From an uncultured Chloroflexia bacterium (lineage in GTDB: Bacteria > Chloroflexota > Anaerolineae > JAAYZQ01): 64,000 bases of DNA. The translations under genes and the position numbers were made by a program. Numbering within the stretch: the first letter of the stretch is position 1; every line of letters begins with the position of its first letter. This document shows, in pieces, positions 42,843 to 53,759 of this stretch. The stretch spans positions 288,001 through 352,000 of the forward strand of contig CAVOXA010000010.1 in NCBI GenBank assembly GCA_963700285.1. The letters are read 5' to 3'. Under the pieces are notes generated by a model, which worked only from the letters and a program-made list of their open reading frames with translations, had not been told where the DNA came from and did no database searches.

Positions 42843-42868
42843 GATCTGACTCCTTTTTTATGGTTTCC

Positions 42869-43847
42869 TCATTCCTGAGGTTCAAACGACAACGCCCGGG
42901 CCGGATTCTCAACCAGGATGCGGTGTAGCAAGCGCATCGTCAAAGCCCGCCTTGACGCAGCCTGGGCACAAAATCCCGCAGCACGTGATCGTAGCCCGGC
43001 CCGCCTCCGACCTTGAGTTCCATCTCGCGGCAGCGATCGGAGGATAGCATTAGGTGGTCCTGATATCCCCTGTCGACCATCTCGCACAGCAGGTCGACCC
43101 GGGTCTCGTCGAGCATCCAGTGGATCTTGCCGATGACGTCGAACTGGACGTAGGCCCCCCGCCGGGCCAGGGCCACCAGTTGGCGGATGTCGGCGTTCTC
43201 GTCGGTATGGCCAATGATCACCCGGCCGGGTCCACCCCTTCCGCCTCAAAGAGATCGAGGTGCTGCATACCAATGTTGCCGCCCTCGATCTCAAAGCGCG
43301 TCGAGCCGCTGGTGTGGGTGGTGATGGACACACCGGTTCGCTTTTGGGCAAGGGCGACGGCGCGGGCACACTTGAGCTCAGGCCCCTCGATCACCGGCCG
43401 GCTGACGCCCGACTTGAGCAGGCCGGTGCGGATGGTCGTACCGTCCGCGCCGCAGGTCAACTCTTGCACCAATAGTTCCGCCAGATCATCGATGCTGGTA
43501 TCAGCCACGTAGGGCGGGTGGCAGTCTTCGACGTAAAAGCCCGAGATGGCGACAACGTGAATATCCGCACGCTCCGAGATATCTTTCAGAACCACCACGT
43601 CCCGCCCCCAGCCGCTGGTCGTCATCTCGGCGATGGCCCGGCCGCCGGCGGCGTGAAAATCGACCAGCTCGGCGACGATGGTATCCACGTTCAACAGAAC
43701 CATCTTGGCATAGGTACCGGGGAAATCGAGCTCGGAGCGGCAGAGGCGCTGATCACAGTAGAGATGCTCGTGGGGAGCCGTTACCCCCAGTTCCTCTGGA
43801 GCAATATCGCCGCGCACCGTTCGAACCACAGGCGAACCGGTTTTCAT
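42869..43847 (-). CDS. Phosphotriesterase-related (Php/YhfV-like) amidohydrolase, two apparent frameshifts
   Basis: HEH, GRD, LLK, TTHT, IGHTD, SSD, ENPAR. Confidence 0.85.
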
Positions 43848-44524
43848 GTGCGCACCCCCTCCAGCATCTCGATGACCTGCTGCGTGGTCCGCATGCGTAC
43901 CAGGGGACCCACCAGGCCGGTCTTGATGATCTCGTGCCAGCCCAGTGTTTCGCTGGCCGACGCATCCCAGGCGAGGATCACTCCCAGGTCACGGTCGGCA
44001 GCCTCCCGGGCGGCGAGGGCCACCGTCGTGTTGGCCAGCATGCCAGCCAGGATGATGGTGTCGACGCCAGCCTCGTGCAGCGTGTTCAGAAGCACCGGCC
44101 CCGCCGCGAAGGGGCTGTAGGTCCCTCTGGATAGCACCAGATCGCCGGACGTCGGAGCCACTTCGGGGCGGATCTCCTCCCACGGCGAGGCAACCGGGAT
44201 CGGCAAGCCACTCAGGCGGAGCTGCCGTGACAGGTCGCTGCGGTCGGGCTCCTGAGCACAGAGGACGGAATAGATCACCCGCAGCCCATGCCGGCGACAA
44301 CCAGTCAGCAGCGACACCATGTTGCGAAGGGCGGCATCTGTCTGGGCATAGTATTCCTCAAACTCGCGCAGGATGCCCTGCTCACCGGCAAACAGGCCCA
44401 ACCCCTGGTCGCGCATTGTGGTAAAGCGCTGGGCGTCCAGCAGCAACAGGGCCGCGTTCCCCGCCGCCAACGGAAAGGCCGGGTTGGCATGCGAGAGCAT
44501 CTTGAAGGGTACCCTTGGTTTCAT
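43844..44524 (-). CDS. Isochorismatase/cysteine-hydrolase homologue lacking catalytic Lys and Cys
   Basis: ATG at 44524 after GGGGAAAGGG. LLLDAQ, SRGTYSPF, GMLANTTV, AADRD. In the assembly it reads in frame with the upstream M20. Confidence 0.7.
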   Translation of the reverse strand: MKPRVPFKMLSHANPAFPLAAGNAALLLLDAQRFTTMRDQGLGLFAGEQGILREFEEYYAQTDAALRNMVSLLTGCRRHGLRVIYSVLCAQEPDRSDLSRQLRLSGLPIPVASPWEEIRPEVAPTSGDLVLSRGTYSPFAAGPVLLNTLHEAGVDTIILAGMLANTTVALAAREAADRDLGVILAWDASASETLGWHEIIKTGLVGPLVRMRTTQQVIEMLEGVRT

Positions 44525-45988
44525 AGGCCCTTTCCCCCTACAACTGCCTGCGGCATAGTTGTACACGAGGTCGACCAGGTACTTTTCGACGTCGGCCAGA
44601 CCGGCGACTTGGCCGTCCCCTTCGATGATCATATACTCGTCGGCATCGCCCCGGCCTCCACCGCCGATGACGCCGCCCCGGACACAGGGTACATTGAAAG
44701 TGTTGGGAACCACGGTCCAGGGGCCGCCGCCCGGCTGCATGGGCCAGATCTCGGCCGCCACGTTCCAGGACGCTAGCGTCTGAAGCGTGGCCTGCACGCC
44801 CGGATCGGAGACGGAGGTTTGGGAGTGGCTAAAGGCAGCGTAGACGTCGATCTCGATATCGGCGAAACCTCGTTCGTCCAGGTGCTGTCGTATAAAGCCA
44901 ATGATCTCCTCAGCCGTCAGATCCACCACCCAGCGCATATCCAGCGTGGCTGTGGCCGTGGCCGGGGTGATATAGGGAATGGTGGTCGTCTCTGGTCCCA
45001 GGAACCCACTGCGTAGGCCGGCGATGTTGAAGGTCGGCCCATAGAGCAGGTTGACGAGGGGGTCCATGCCCTCCAGACCGCCCACGACGTGGCTCACATT
45101 GCCGACACCGCCGAGAGGTAGGACATCACGCCAGTCGCGGCCAGAAGCCCGGGCAGCTAGCGTCTCCAGCAACTCTCGCTCTTCCCCCGTCAGGGGTTTG
45201 CGATAGTTCCAGAGTTCCTCCAGCCCTGCGACGGTGCAGCCCAACCCATCCGCATCGGTCAGGGAAGACAGGGCCTGCGCCAGGCGGAAGGGAGGGCAAT
45301 CCACCAGCGACGCCGCGGAGCTGTGCACAGTCTTGACCGGTCCCCGCCCCCAGGACTGCCCGCTGGCCGTCAATTCGATGACGACCATGCCCTTGAGCCC
45401 CAGGCCCATCGAGACAGTACCGTTGCCTGCCTGGCTACAGGAGGGACAGAAGCTGGCATCCACGTTCTGCAAGCGGCCGGCATAGCGCGCCACAAAATCG
45501 GCATAGGTGGGACTGCCCATAATCTCCTCGCCCTCGGCCAGGAACATGATATTCATGGGCAGGCCACCCTCTACAGCAATGATGGAAGCTAGAGCGTTCA
45601 ACCAGGCTACGTAGGGGCCCTTGGCGCCCATAGCACCACGGCCGACGAGCACCTTGGGGTAAGGTCCGATGGGTACCAGTTCCGCCCCCCAGGGATCGTA
45701 GCTCCAGGTACCCGGCTGCACGGTCCGGGTGTCGATCATGCAGTAGTTATGGACCGTCAAGGGTGCCCCGGCGTCATAATGGGCCCAGACGCCAGGGTGG
45801 AAACGTCCCTCGATGACCTCTACTTCCTGGCAGCCCAGGTCGCTGTACGACTGGGCCACCAGCTCGGCGGCCTCGCGGGTGCCGATATTGTCCCAACTGA
45901 CGCTGGGCTGCCTGACCCACTCTTGGATGTGGGCGACGTGCTGGTCCAGATGTTCGTCGATATGGCGGTGTATGGCTTCTCGATCCAT
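44525..45988 (-). CDS. M20 family homologue with non-canonical metal ligands
   Basis: RQPSVS and EGEE are retained, but YCMID replaces YxHYD, GAMGAKG replaces GATDxK, and the C-terminal HxPNE is absent. Confidence 0.78.
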
Positions 45989-46008
45989 GTGAGAACCTCA
46001 CTCCTCAG

Positions 46009-47433
46009 TTATAATGATTTGATCTGGGCAACGATCTGCTCGACTGACTTGACCTGGATGACCCCACTCTCTACTCTCCACAGAAACTCTTGCAGCCCAG
46101 CGTGATGGGTCGCGCAGGCATCGGGCACCACGACCAAACCATAGCCACGGTCGCTGGTACTGCGGATGGAACCCTCGACAGCGCCGTCGTACGAGATGCC
46201 GGCCAGAATGAGGTTCTCGAGGGCCAGGTTGCGCAAAAGCTCGTCCAGGCCGGTGCCGGTAAAGATACCCGAGGCAGACTTGTCGAGGATGATCTCGCCT
46301 GCTCGTGGCGCCAGTCCGGGCATAAACTCGGCCTCGGGGCTGTCTGGCCCAAAGGCGAAACCCTGGGCCCGTACCTTGCGGCTGAGATCTCGGCCGTCGG
46401 GCAGTCTTCCGGCCGTGCGAACGTGGATCACCGGGACACCTTGGGCGCGACAGGCCTGCAGCAATTTCCCCATACCCGCCAGGGCACTCTGAACGCGCCC
46501 ATAGTACTCGGACAACAACTCCTCTTGACCTCCAGCGGCGGCCAGGGCTCCCAGCCCGAGAGATGGGTCACAGGTGAATCGCTGTCCATCGACCAAGACC
46601 AATGCCGTGTTGCTCTGCGCCAGGGGGAGTTGAAGAGCAGGCGGGAGGATGGCATCATAGGGATCTTTGTCGGCAGAGTCTGTGTCGTCCGGGGGCTTGG
46701 GGAGATAGGGTTTGACCCGCTCCAGGCCGCTCTTCACCTCGGGGCCAACAGCCTCCAGCGGATCGATCAAGTCCACGATCTGGTCTGTGGAGAGGATGTG
46801 CGTCAGCGCGCCCTCCAGATAGCAGATAGCTAGTTCGTGGGTCTCGATGGTGCCCGCCGCACAGGCGTCCGATACGACCACAACGTCATAGCCCAGATCC
46901 ACGGCGTCCCGCACGGCGCTCTCGACACAGCCATTGGTCGAAGTGCCGGTAAAGATCAGGGTCGTGATGCCCATATTGCGCAGCAAGCGATCAAGGTTGG
47001 TAACGGGGAACACGCCAGAGGAGGACTTGTTCACGATCAACTCATCGCCCTTGGGCTGCAGGTCGTCCAGAAAATCAGCCTCACGGCTGCCCGCTGGCAC
47101 GACAAAGCCACGCACCAACTGCTTGCGCCCCACGTCCCGCGAGTCCCCAGTCAGTTCCGAGACACGGATGTGGATGACCTCCATCTCTTTGTGGCGAAAG
47201 AGGGTCAAGAGCTGCTGGATGCGCGGAATGACCGCGTCAATCTGGGAGAAATATTCCTCAAAGTACCGTTCTACACCCAGTTCTTTGGCCGTGCGGCCCT
47301 CGCCCTCATCACGGTCAGCGTCAAAGTACTGCATGTCGACCACCAGCAGGGCGGTACTACCGGCCTGCATCTGTACAGGGGATGTACCAAGGACCTGGCC
47401 AATGGGGTTGTGACAGTTGTCTTTCACATTCAT
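46009..47433 (-). CDS. Two-domain isochorismatase/cysteine hydrolase
   Basis: Domain 1 VDMQ/NK/TNGCVE has an intact Asp-Lys-Cys triad. Domain 2 VDGQ/DK/YDGAVE has Cys replaced by Ala. Confidence 0.88.
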   Translation of the reverse strand: MNVKDNCHNPIGQVLGTSPVQMQAGSTALLVVDMQYFDADRDEGEGRTAKELGVERYFEEYFSQIDAVIPRIQQLLTLFRHKEMEVIHIRVSELTGDSRDVGRKQLVRGFVVPAGSREADFLDDLQPKGDELIVNKSSSGVFPVTNLDRLLRNMGITTLIFTGTSTNGCVESAVRDAVDLGYDVVVVSDACAAGTIETHELAICYLEGALTHILSTDQIVDLIDPLEAVGPEVKSGLERVKPYLPKPPDDTDSADKDPYDAILPPALQLPLAQSNTALVLVDGQRFTCDPSLGLGALAAAGGQEELLSEYYGRVQSALAGMGKLLQACRAQGVPVIHVRTAGRLPDGRDLSRKVRAQGFAFGPDSPEAEFMPGLAPRAGEIILDKSASGIFTGTGLDELLRNLALENLILAGISYDGAVEGSIRSTSDRGYGLVVVPDACATHHAGLQEFLWRVESGVIQVKSVEQIVAQIKSL

Positions 47434-47525
47434 GTCCTTTTTCGCAACAGATTTTCAGGTCTTTGCCCCGGGGACTACTGCCCCCGAGGCGGGGCTATGA
47501 GCCATGACAGAAGAATTGGCCAAGC

Positions 47526-49133
47526 CTATGATTTTCGAAGCGCCCGGCCCGGCAGCTTGCCCGTGAATATCCCCTGGTCCACGACCAGTTCACCGTTGAC
47601 GAGAACATAGGGGATGCCCTCGGGAACCTGCTCCGGTTCGTCGTAGGTCGCCTTGTCCGCCACCTGCTCGGGGTCAAGCAGCACGATGTCGGCCCAGGCG
47701 CCCTCCCGCAGTATCCCCCTATCCTTCAGCCCCAGGATCGCGGCAGGGAAAGCGGTGATCTTGCGGATCGCCTCCGGCAGGTCAAAGATCTTTCTTACGC
47801 GCACGAACTCTTTGAGATAGCGCGGATAGGCGCCGTACAGCCGGGGATGGGGTCGACCGCCATAGATGCCATCGGAGCCCACCGTCGCCTGGGGGTGCCC
47901 GAGGACCTTGTCCAGCACATGCTCCGAGCCATAGTGACTGATCATGGTCACGGCCAGATTCTCCTCGGCCAGCAGGTCACAGACGAAATCGAGGGGGTCC
48001 TTGTCACAGGTCTGGGCCAGGTCGGCGACGTCCCTGCCCTCCATCCAGCGGTTCTTCTCGCTATTGACCGCCGACACGACGATCTTGGACCAGCCCACCG
48101 AGATGGAGCGGTTGTTCCAGACGTCGAGCCCCTGCTGAAAGTCCTCGCGGATACGGGCTCGGAACTGGGGATCCATCAGGTTCTGGGCCAGGGCCTTGGT
48201 GCCCTCGGCAAAGGTCCACTGGGGCAGGACAGCCGTCAGCACGGTACAGCCGGCCAGGTAGGGATACCGGTCCCAGGTCACCCGGCCGCCCTCGGCCAGG
48301 AAGGCATCGGCCTTCTCAAGAATGACGTCCATCTTCGGCCAGTTAATCTGGCCGTAGGCCTGCAGGTGGGACACGTGGAGGTGCACGCCGGATTCGCGGG
48401 CAATGCGGGTGACCTCGTCAAAGGCCTGCTCGATCCGGTAGCCCTCGTCCCGCTGGTGCACGACAAAGATACCATCCCGGGCGGCCGCCTCCCGGTTCAG
48501 GGCCACCAGCTCCTCGGTGGGCCCGTAGCTGCAGGGCGGATAGATGAGGCCCGTGGACAGGCCAAATGCACCACAATCCATGGCCTCCCTGGTCAGGGCG
48601 CACATGGTGGCCAGTTCCGCGGGCGTCGCGGGACGGTTGTCCATGCCCATGGCCATGATGCGCAGCGGCCCATGGGGGGCCAGCATGGCAGCGTTGTTGG
48701 GCAGGCCGCGCCGGTCGAGGGCCTGAAGATAGTCTTCAAAGGACCGCCATGTCCAGCGATCGAGGGGCAGCTTGCCCAGCAACCCAGCCGTAAGCTCTGA
48801 CATCAGCTCGACGTTCTCGTCGCTGATGGGGGCTACACCGAGCCCGTCCTGGGCAAGCAGCTCGGTGGTGACCCCCTGGCGGACCTTGGCGTCGGGCGCC
48901 TGGTCCCGAAAGAATTCCAGGTCGGTGTGGCTGTGCATGTCGATAAAGCCCGGTGTGGCCGCCAGACCAGCACCGTCGACGGTACGCTTTGCTGAGGCAT
49001 CGACGGGCAGGCCATGTCCAGCGCCAGTCACCATGGCCGCGATCCTGCCGGCTCTGACGGCTATGTCACCGGGTACCGGCTCTGCACCAGTACCGTCGAG
49101 GATCTGCACATTCTTGATCAGACAGTCATACAT
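47526..49133 (-). CDS. N-acyl-D-amino-acid deacylase (D-aminoacylase)
   Basis: PGFIDMHSH, STGLIYPP, HQRDE, SHL, YPYLAG, GSDG, HPRLYG. Confidence 0.9.
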   Translation of the reverse strand: MYDCLIKNVQILDGTGAEPVPGDIAVRAGRIAAMVTGAGHGLPVDASAKRTVDGAGLAATPGFIDMHSHTDLEFFRDQAPDAKVRQGVTTELLAQDGLGVAPISDENVELMSELTAGLLGKLPLDRWTWRSFEDYLQALDRRGLPNNAAMLAPHGPLRIMAMGMDNRPATPAELATMCALTREAMDCGAFGLSTGLIYPPCSYGPTEELVALNREAAARDGIFVVHQRDEGYRIEQAFDEVTRIARESGVHLHVSHLQAYGQINWPKMDVILEKADAFLAEGGRVTWDRYPYLAGCTVLTAVLPQWTFAEGTKALAQNLMDPQFRARIREDFQQGLDVWNNRSISVGWSKIVVSAVNSEKNRWMEGRDVADLAQTCDKDPLDFVCDLLAEENLAVTMISHYGSEHVLDKVLGHPQATVGSDGIYGGRPHPRLYGAYPRYLKEFVRVRKIFDLPEAIRKITAFPAAILGLKDRGILREGAWADIVLLDPEQVADKATYDEPEQVPEGIPYVLVNGELVVDQGIFTGKLPGRALRKS

Positions 49134-49150
49134 CCCTATACCCTCTCCCC

Positions 49151-49867
49151 TCAGCCCACCCAGCCGCCCACCTCGACCATCGCCCCGGTCATCGCCCGCG
49201 CGTCATCCGAAGCCAAGAACAAGGCAACGTCGGCGATATCCTCAGGTTGCATCCAACCCGCCTTGTCAACCCCCTGACGGGAGACAGCAGTCAACGCGGT
49301 GTCGACCAGACCAGGACAGATGGCATTGACGGCGATCCCGTGGGTCTTCATGTCCAGGGCCAGAGATGCGGTAAAGCCCGTGACCGCGTATTTGGATGCG
49401 CAGTAGGCTTCTCGGTTGGGCAACCCGCGGAGCCCTGCCACCGAAGAGATGTTGATGATCTTGCCCGAGCCCTGCTCGATCATGCCCGGCAGGACGGCTT
49501 TGCAGCAGAGAAAAACGCTGCGTACGTTGACGGCCATCATCGTGTCCCAGGCCTCCACGGTGGTTCCCAACAGATCTCCGGGCATGATGATGGTACCGGC
49601 GTTGTTCACCAAAACATCCACTCGGCCGAATTCGGCCAGGGTACGGTCAACCAAGCGCAGCACGTCCTCCTGTCGGGAGACGTCGGCAGTCTGAACCAAA
49701 ACACGACGGCCTAGCGCGCGGATCTCCTGGGCAAGGGTCTCCAGCTCGTCGGGCGTTCTGGAAGCGATCGCCAGTTCAGCACCCTCGCGGGCATAGGTGA
49801 GCGCAATGCTGCGGCCGATCCCGCGGCCGGCGCCAGTTACGACTGCTACGGTCTCTGCTAGTTTCAT
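49151..49867 (-). CDS. Classical SDR oxidoreductase
   Basis: TGAGRGIG, NNAG, ISS, YCASK, ICPG. Confidence 0.92.
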   Translation of the reverse strand: MKLAETVAVVTGAGRGIGRSIALTYAREGAELAIASRTPDELETLAQEIRALGRRVLVQTADVSRQEDVLRLVDRTLAEFGRVDVLVNNAGTIIMPGDLLGTTVEAWDTMMAVNVRSVFLCCKAVLPGMIEQGSGKIINISSVAGLRGLPNREAYCASKYAVTGFTASLALDMKTHGIAVNAICPGLVDTALTAVSRQGVDKAGWMQPEDIADVALFLASDDARAMTGAMVEVGGWVG

Positions 49868-49989
49868 TTCATGGTCCCTTCGATTACTGAACCCACCCAA
49901 AAACGCACCAAGCCCCCGATTCAACCGGGCTCCGTACTCGGGGGCGCAACTCGCCCTCGAGACGAGGGTTAGAGCGGTCATGACAGGTA

Positions 49990-50772
49990 CTATGTGAGTT
50001 TAAGCAGACGAGCCGCATTCCCCCCCAGGATGAGCGCCTTTTCCCCATCCGGGATATCCAGGTCCAGGAGTGGAGCCAAATTCTCTTTGAATCGAAAGGT
50101 CTTGAGCGGATTGGCGTCTGAGCCAAAGATAACCTTGGATGCTCCCGACTCGCCACTGACCAGGCCCATGAACTTGAGCGTATCCTCGCCCAGGCCAGGG
50201 ATCAAGCGCGCAAACCGGGCAAAGGTCGTAGTCGTATCCATGTAGACGTTGGCATGCTTGCCGGCGATGGCCGGCGCTGAGCCAAAAGGATCACCGTGGG
50301 CGATCACGAGCTTGGCTTCAGGGTAAACCAGGGCCAGATCGTCCACCTCCAGGGGATCATCAAAGCGGGAGCGGGTGCCTGGAATCGGGACCGCACCGGT
50401 GTGGATCAGCACCGGCAGGTCGAGTTCGACGGTCTTCTCAATCACGGGGTAGATCCGCTGGTCCGATGGATAGAACTCTTGCATCGAGGGATGCAGTTTG
50501 AGGCCGCGGAAGCCATAAGCTTCCACATAGTACTCTAGCATTTCGGCTGCATCGGTCAGATAGGGCACCACACAGGCTAGCCCTACGAGCCGGGAGGGAT
50601 GGGTCCGGACCGCCTCGTACACCAGGGCATTTGCTGCCCGGCCATTGTCGCCGCCGGGCGTGACGACGGCGGTAACGGCAGCCATGTCGATGCCCTGCTC
50701 GTCCATGCCGGCTACCAGGTTCTCGATGGGACCCTGTCCCTCGCCAAAGTGCGTGTGAAAATCGATGATCAT
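49990..50772 (-). CDS. Amidohydrolase_2 family protein
   Basis: IDFHTH, GLKLHP, IHTG, IAHG, FGSD, GGNA. Confidence 0.9.
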   Translation of the reverse strand: MIIDFHTHFGEGQGPIENLVAGMDEQGIDMAAVTAVVTPGGDNGRAANALVYEAVRTHPSRLVGLACVVPYLTDAAEMLEYYVEAYGFRGLKLHPSMQEFYPSDQRIYPVIEKTVELDLPVLIHTGAVPIPGTRSRFDDPLEVDDLALVYPEAKLVIAHGDPFGSAPAIAGKHANVYMDTTTTFARFARLIPGLGEDTLKFMGLVSGESGASKVIFGSDANPLKTFRFKENLAPLLDLDIPDGEKALILGGNAARLLKLT

Positions 50773-50835
50773 CCGTTGACCTCAAGGTCCATAAAACTTT
50801 TTCCCACAGCCATCTCTCACGAGGGCCATGGGATG

Positions 50836-51048
50836 CTATTTGTCCAACTGTACGTAGATGGCCAGGTCGGGACATCCGATCTCGCACAGCTTGCAGCCTA
50901 CACAGTCATCGAGGTCATAGACCTCAACCACCGAATAGCCCTTCTGATTGCGCCTGTCGGACATTCTCAACACGTTTCGCGGACAGTAATTTATACACAG
51001 GTCACAACCCTTGCACACTCTTTCGTCAATGTGGATCTTCACAATCAT
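50836..51048 (-). CDS. 2x[4Fe-4S] ferredoxin, 2-oxoacid:ferredoxin oxidoreductase delta subunit
   Basis: CKGCDLC...CP and CVGCKLC...CP. Confidence 0.92.
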   Translation of the reverse strand: MIVKIHIDERVCKGCDLCINYCPRNVLRMSDRRNQKGYSVVEVYDLDDCVGCKLCEIGCPDLAIYVQLDK

Positions 51049-51917
51049 AGCACTCCAAGTTCTCTGATTCTCAGGGGGATTTCTGAGGGCCGGTAGGCGA
51101 TCCGGACCCCGGCATCTGCCAGGGCTTTTATCTTGCTGGCCGCAGTCCCCTCTTTCCCTTCAATGATCGCCCCGGCGTGTCCCATCTGCGCCCCTTCCGG
51201 GGCTGCACGGCCTACGATCAGGGCCACCACCGGCTTGTCCATGTTCGCCTTGATAAAGGCCGCTGCCTCCTGCTCCATCGTCCCACCGACCTCACCCAAA
51301 AGGACGATAGCCTTGGTCTCCGGATCCTCCTGAAACATGCGGAGGACCGATTCCTGCGACAGGCCCCAGAACGGCCCACCCCCGATGCCAGCCACTGTCG
51401 ATTGGCCAATACCGTTTTCTGTAAGCGTCTTGCAGACTTCGTAGGATAGTGCCCCACTCTTGGACAGTACGCCCACATGGCCTTCCAGCAGCACCCCGTT
51501 GGGGTGAACGCCCAGCTTGCATTTTCCCGGTGAGACCAAGCCCGGGGTGTCGGGCCCCACGACCGTCGTGCCCTTGGCAGCCGCATAATGGATGATGGTC
51601 AGCATATCGTGGTCCGGAACCCCCTCGGCCGTCAGCACCAGGAGTGGGATCCCGGCGTCGATGACCTCCAACGCGGCGTCCTTGGCGAACCGAGCTGGGA
51701 CAAAGCCAAAGGCAGCATCGATCTCGTGGTGGGCAACCGCATCGGCACAATAGTCATAGACGGGGATGCTGTGCACCTGCCTGCCCCCCTTGCCCGGCGT
51801 CACGCCGGCTACTACCTGCGTGCCATATTCCTGCATGATGCGGGTTTGGAAGGAGCCGACTGCGCCCGTGATTCCCTGGATCAGCACCCGGGTATTCCCA
51901 TCGATGAGTATGGCCAT
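51045..51917 (-). CDS. sucD: Succinate-CoA ligase alpha subunit-like
   Basis: QGITG, GVTPGKGG, SKSGALSYE, GEVGG, MGHAGA phospho-His. Confidence 0.88.
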   Translation of the reverse strand: MAILIDGNTRVLIQGITGAVGSFQTRIMQEYGTQVVAGVTPGKGGRQVHSIPVYDYCADAVAHHEIDAAFGFVPARFAKDAALEVIDAGIPLLVLTAEGVPDHDMLTIIHYAAAKGTTVVGPDTPGLVSPGKCKLGVHPNGVLLEGHVGVLSKSGALSYEVCKTLTENGIGQSTVAGIGGGPFWGLSQESVLRMFQEDPETKAIVLLGEVGGTMEQEAAAFIKANMDKPVVALIVGRAAPEGAQMGHAGAIIEGKEGTAASKIKALADAGVRIAYRPSEIPLRIRELGVL

Positions 51918-51919
51918 GG

Positions 51920-53069
51920 TTAATGCTCCCTCGCCAACGCTACAACCCGCTCAACCGCGTCCGGGAGATTTTCAAAGGCGTCTATACCCACCGCCCGGAG
52001 GGTTTCCCTGCCGACCTCTGCCTGGGTACCATACATCCGGACGACGACAGGCAGATGCAACTCGTTGTGCTCCAGGTACTGGACGACGCCGTCGGCCATT
52101 TCGTCCATGCGCGTCATGCCTCCGATGAGCGATGATCAATAGGGCCTTCGCCCTGGGGTTGGCCAGCACCACTTCCATGCCCTGGCACATGACCTGGGCA
52201 TTGGAATGCCCGCCCAGCTCACAGAAATTGGCCGCGCGCCCCCCGGCGTCCTGGATCAGATCCACAGTCAGCATGCCTGTCCCGGCTCCGTCGGCGATCA
52301 TGGCTATGTCGCCGTCCAGCGGTACGTAGGTGACCCCCCGTTCGGCCGCCAGTTGTTCCGCCCCAGCAGGGGCCGCGGCCGTCTCTGCACCGACCAGTTG
52401 CTCCTGCTCTGCCGAAAGCGAGGCGAACAGGTCCGCGTGGCGGAAGGCCGCCTTGTCGTCCAGCACCATCTTGGCGTCCAGCGCCATCAGGCCGCTTGCA
52501 GTCTCGGCCAGGGGGTTGATCTCGACGAGGGTGGCATCAAGGGAGCAGAGAAGAGAATACATCCTACCAAGCAGGGCTCCAAAGCCCCCGACGTCATCAA
52601 GCCCCAGGGCCTGGGCCAGGTAACGGATCGTGTAGTTCTGCAGCCCGATGAAGGGGTCAATGTGCCGGACCACAATCTGTCCCGGAGCCTGCTCAGCCAC
52701 CTGTTCGATTTCGATGCCACCAGCCGCACTGGCCATGACCATGGGCTTGTTGGCCCGTTTGTCCAGGAGCACGGCCAGGTAGATCTCCCGCTTGATGGCG
52801 GTCCTTGCTTCGGCCAGGATGGCTCGAACAGGGTAGCCCCTGATCTCAGAGCCGATCAGATCTTTTGCGATGGCCGTGGCCTCAGCCTGGTCTGCGGCCA
52901 TCCGAATGCCGCCGGCCTTGCCGCGGCCACCAACGGGTACCTGGGCCTTGAGGACAGCGGGCAACGGGATCCCGGGCACATCGGATGGAGAGCGCAGCAA
53001 CCGGCTCTCGGGAACGGGGATCCCCCGCTCGGCCAGGAGCCTTTTGGCCTGAAACTCTAACAGTCGCAT
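51920..53069 (-). CDS. sucC: Succinate-CoA ligase beta subunit-like, apparent frameshift near 52130
   Basis: LEFQAK, KAQVPVGGRGKAGG, EINPL, LDAK, GAG, GGMTR. Confidence 0.85.
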
Positions 53070-53072
53070 GGC

Positions 53073-53651
53073 TCAGACCTCCACCTCAAAGCCGGTATTC
53101 CTGGCCAGCGCCCTGCCCTGCGCCGCCGCTTTCAGGTTCAGCTCCAGGAACTTTTGTGGGACATTGTCCCGGATCGTTTCAGATAGGGCATCCGCCGATA
53201 GGAGGCCAGTTGCTTGCTGCAAGAAACCCAGCATGACCATATTGGCCGCGATCCTGGCCCCCAACTCGCTGGCCATCTGGGTTGCGGGAACCTGGGCCAC
53301 CGCGATGTCATCCAGACCATCGGGGTAAACCTGGGGCTCGTCGACCAGCTCGGGGTCGATGATCAGCGTGCCGCCAGACCGCAGACGCCCCAGGTATTTA
53401 TCAAGGGCCGACTGGGACATCGCTACCAGTATATCGACGCGCTCGGCCAAGGGCGAATTGATCGGACCCTTTGAGATGATGAGTTCAGCCTGGCACTCCC
53501 CACCCCGTGCTTCAGAACCGTATGATTGCGTCTGTACGCCGTTTAGACCCGCCCGTGTCACCGCGGCAGTACCAAAGACTACAGAAGAGAGCACGATCCC
53601 CTGGCCGCCAAAACCGCAAAACTGCACTGTAACTCGATCCTTAGGTTTCAT
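53073..53651 (-). CDS. 2-oxoacid:ferredoxin oxidoreductase gamma subunit
   Basis: GFGGQG, SYGSEARGG, ANMVMLG, N..A. Confidence 0.92.
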   Translation of the reverse strand: MKPKDRVTVQFCGFGGQGIVLSSVVFGTAAVTRAGLNGVQTQSYGSEARGGECQAELIISKGPINSPLAERVDILVAMSQSALDKYLGRLRSGGTLIIDPELVDEPQVYPDGLDDIAVAQVPATQMASELGARIAANMVMLGFLQQATGLLSADALSETIRDNVPQKFLELNLKAAAQGRALARNTGFEVEV

Positions 53652-53759
53652 TCACATCCCTCTATCACTGTGCTCCAACGTGAGACACTCTTGCTCTGGC
53701 CAAAGGACAACCCGCGACGAACAGAGACTCTCGCCCGACCAGAGCAAATGGAGCCAGCG

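Noticed and set aside
42869-43847. Organophosphate-degrading phosphotriesterase
   Set aside because: Family-level motifs only. Such homologues are commonly lactonases or of unknown function.
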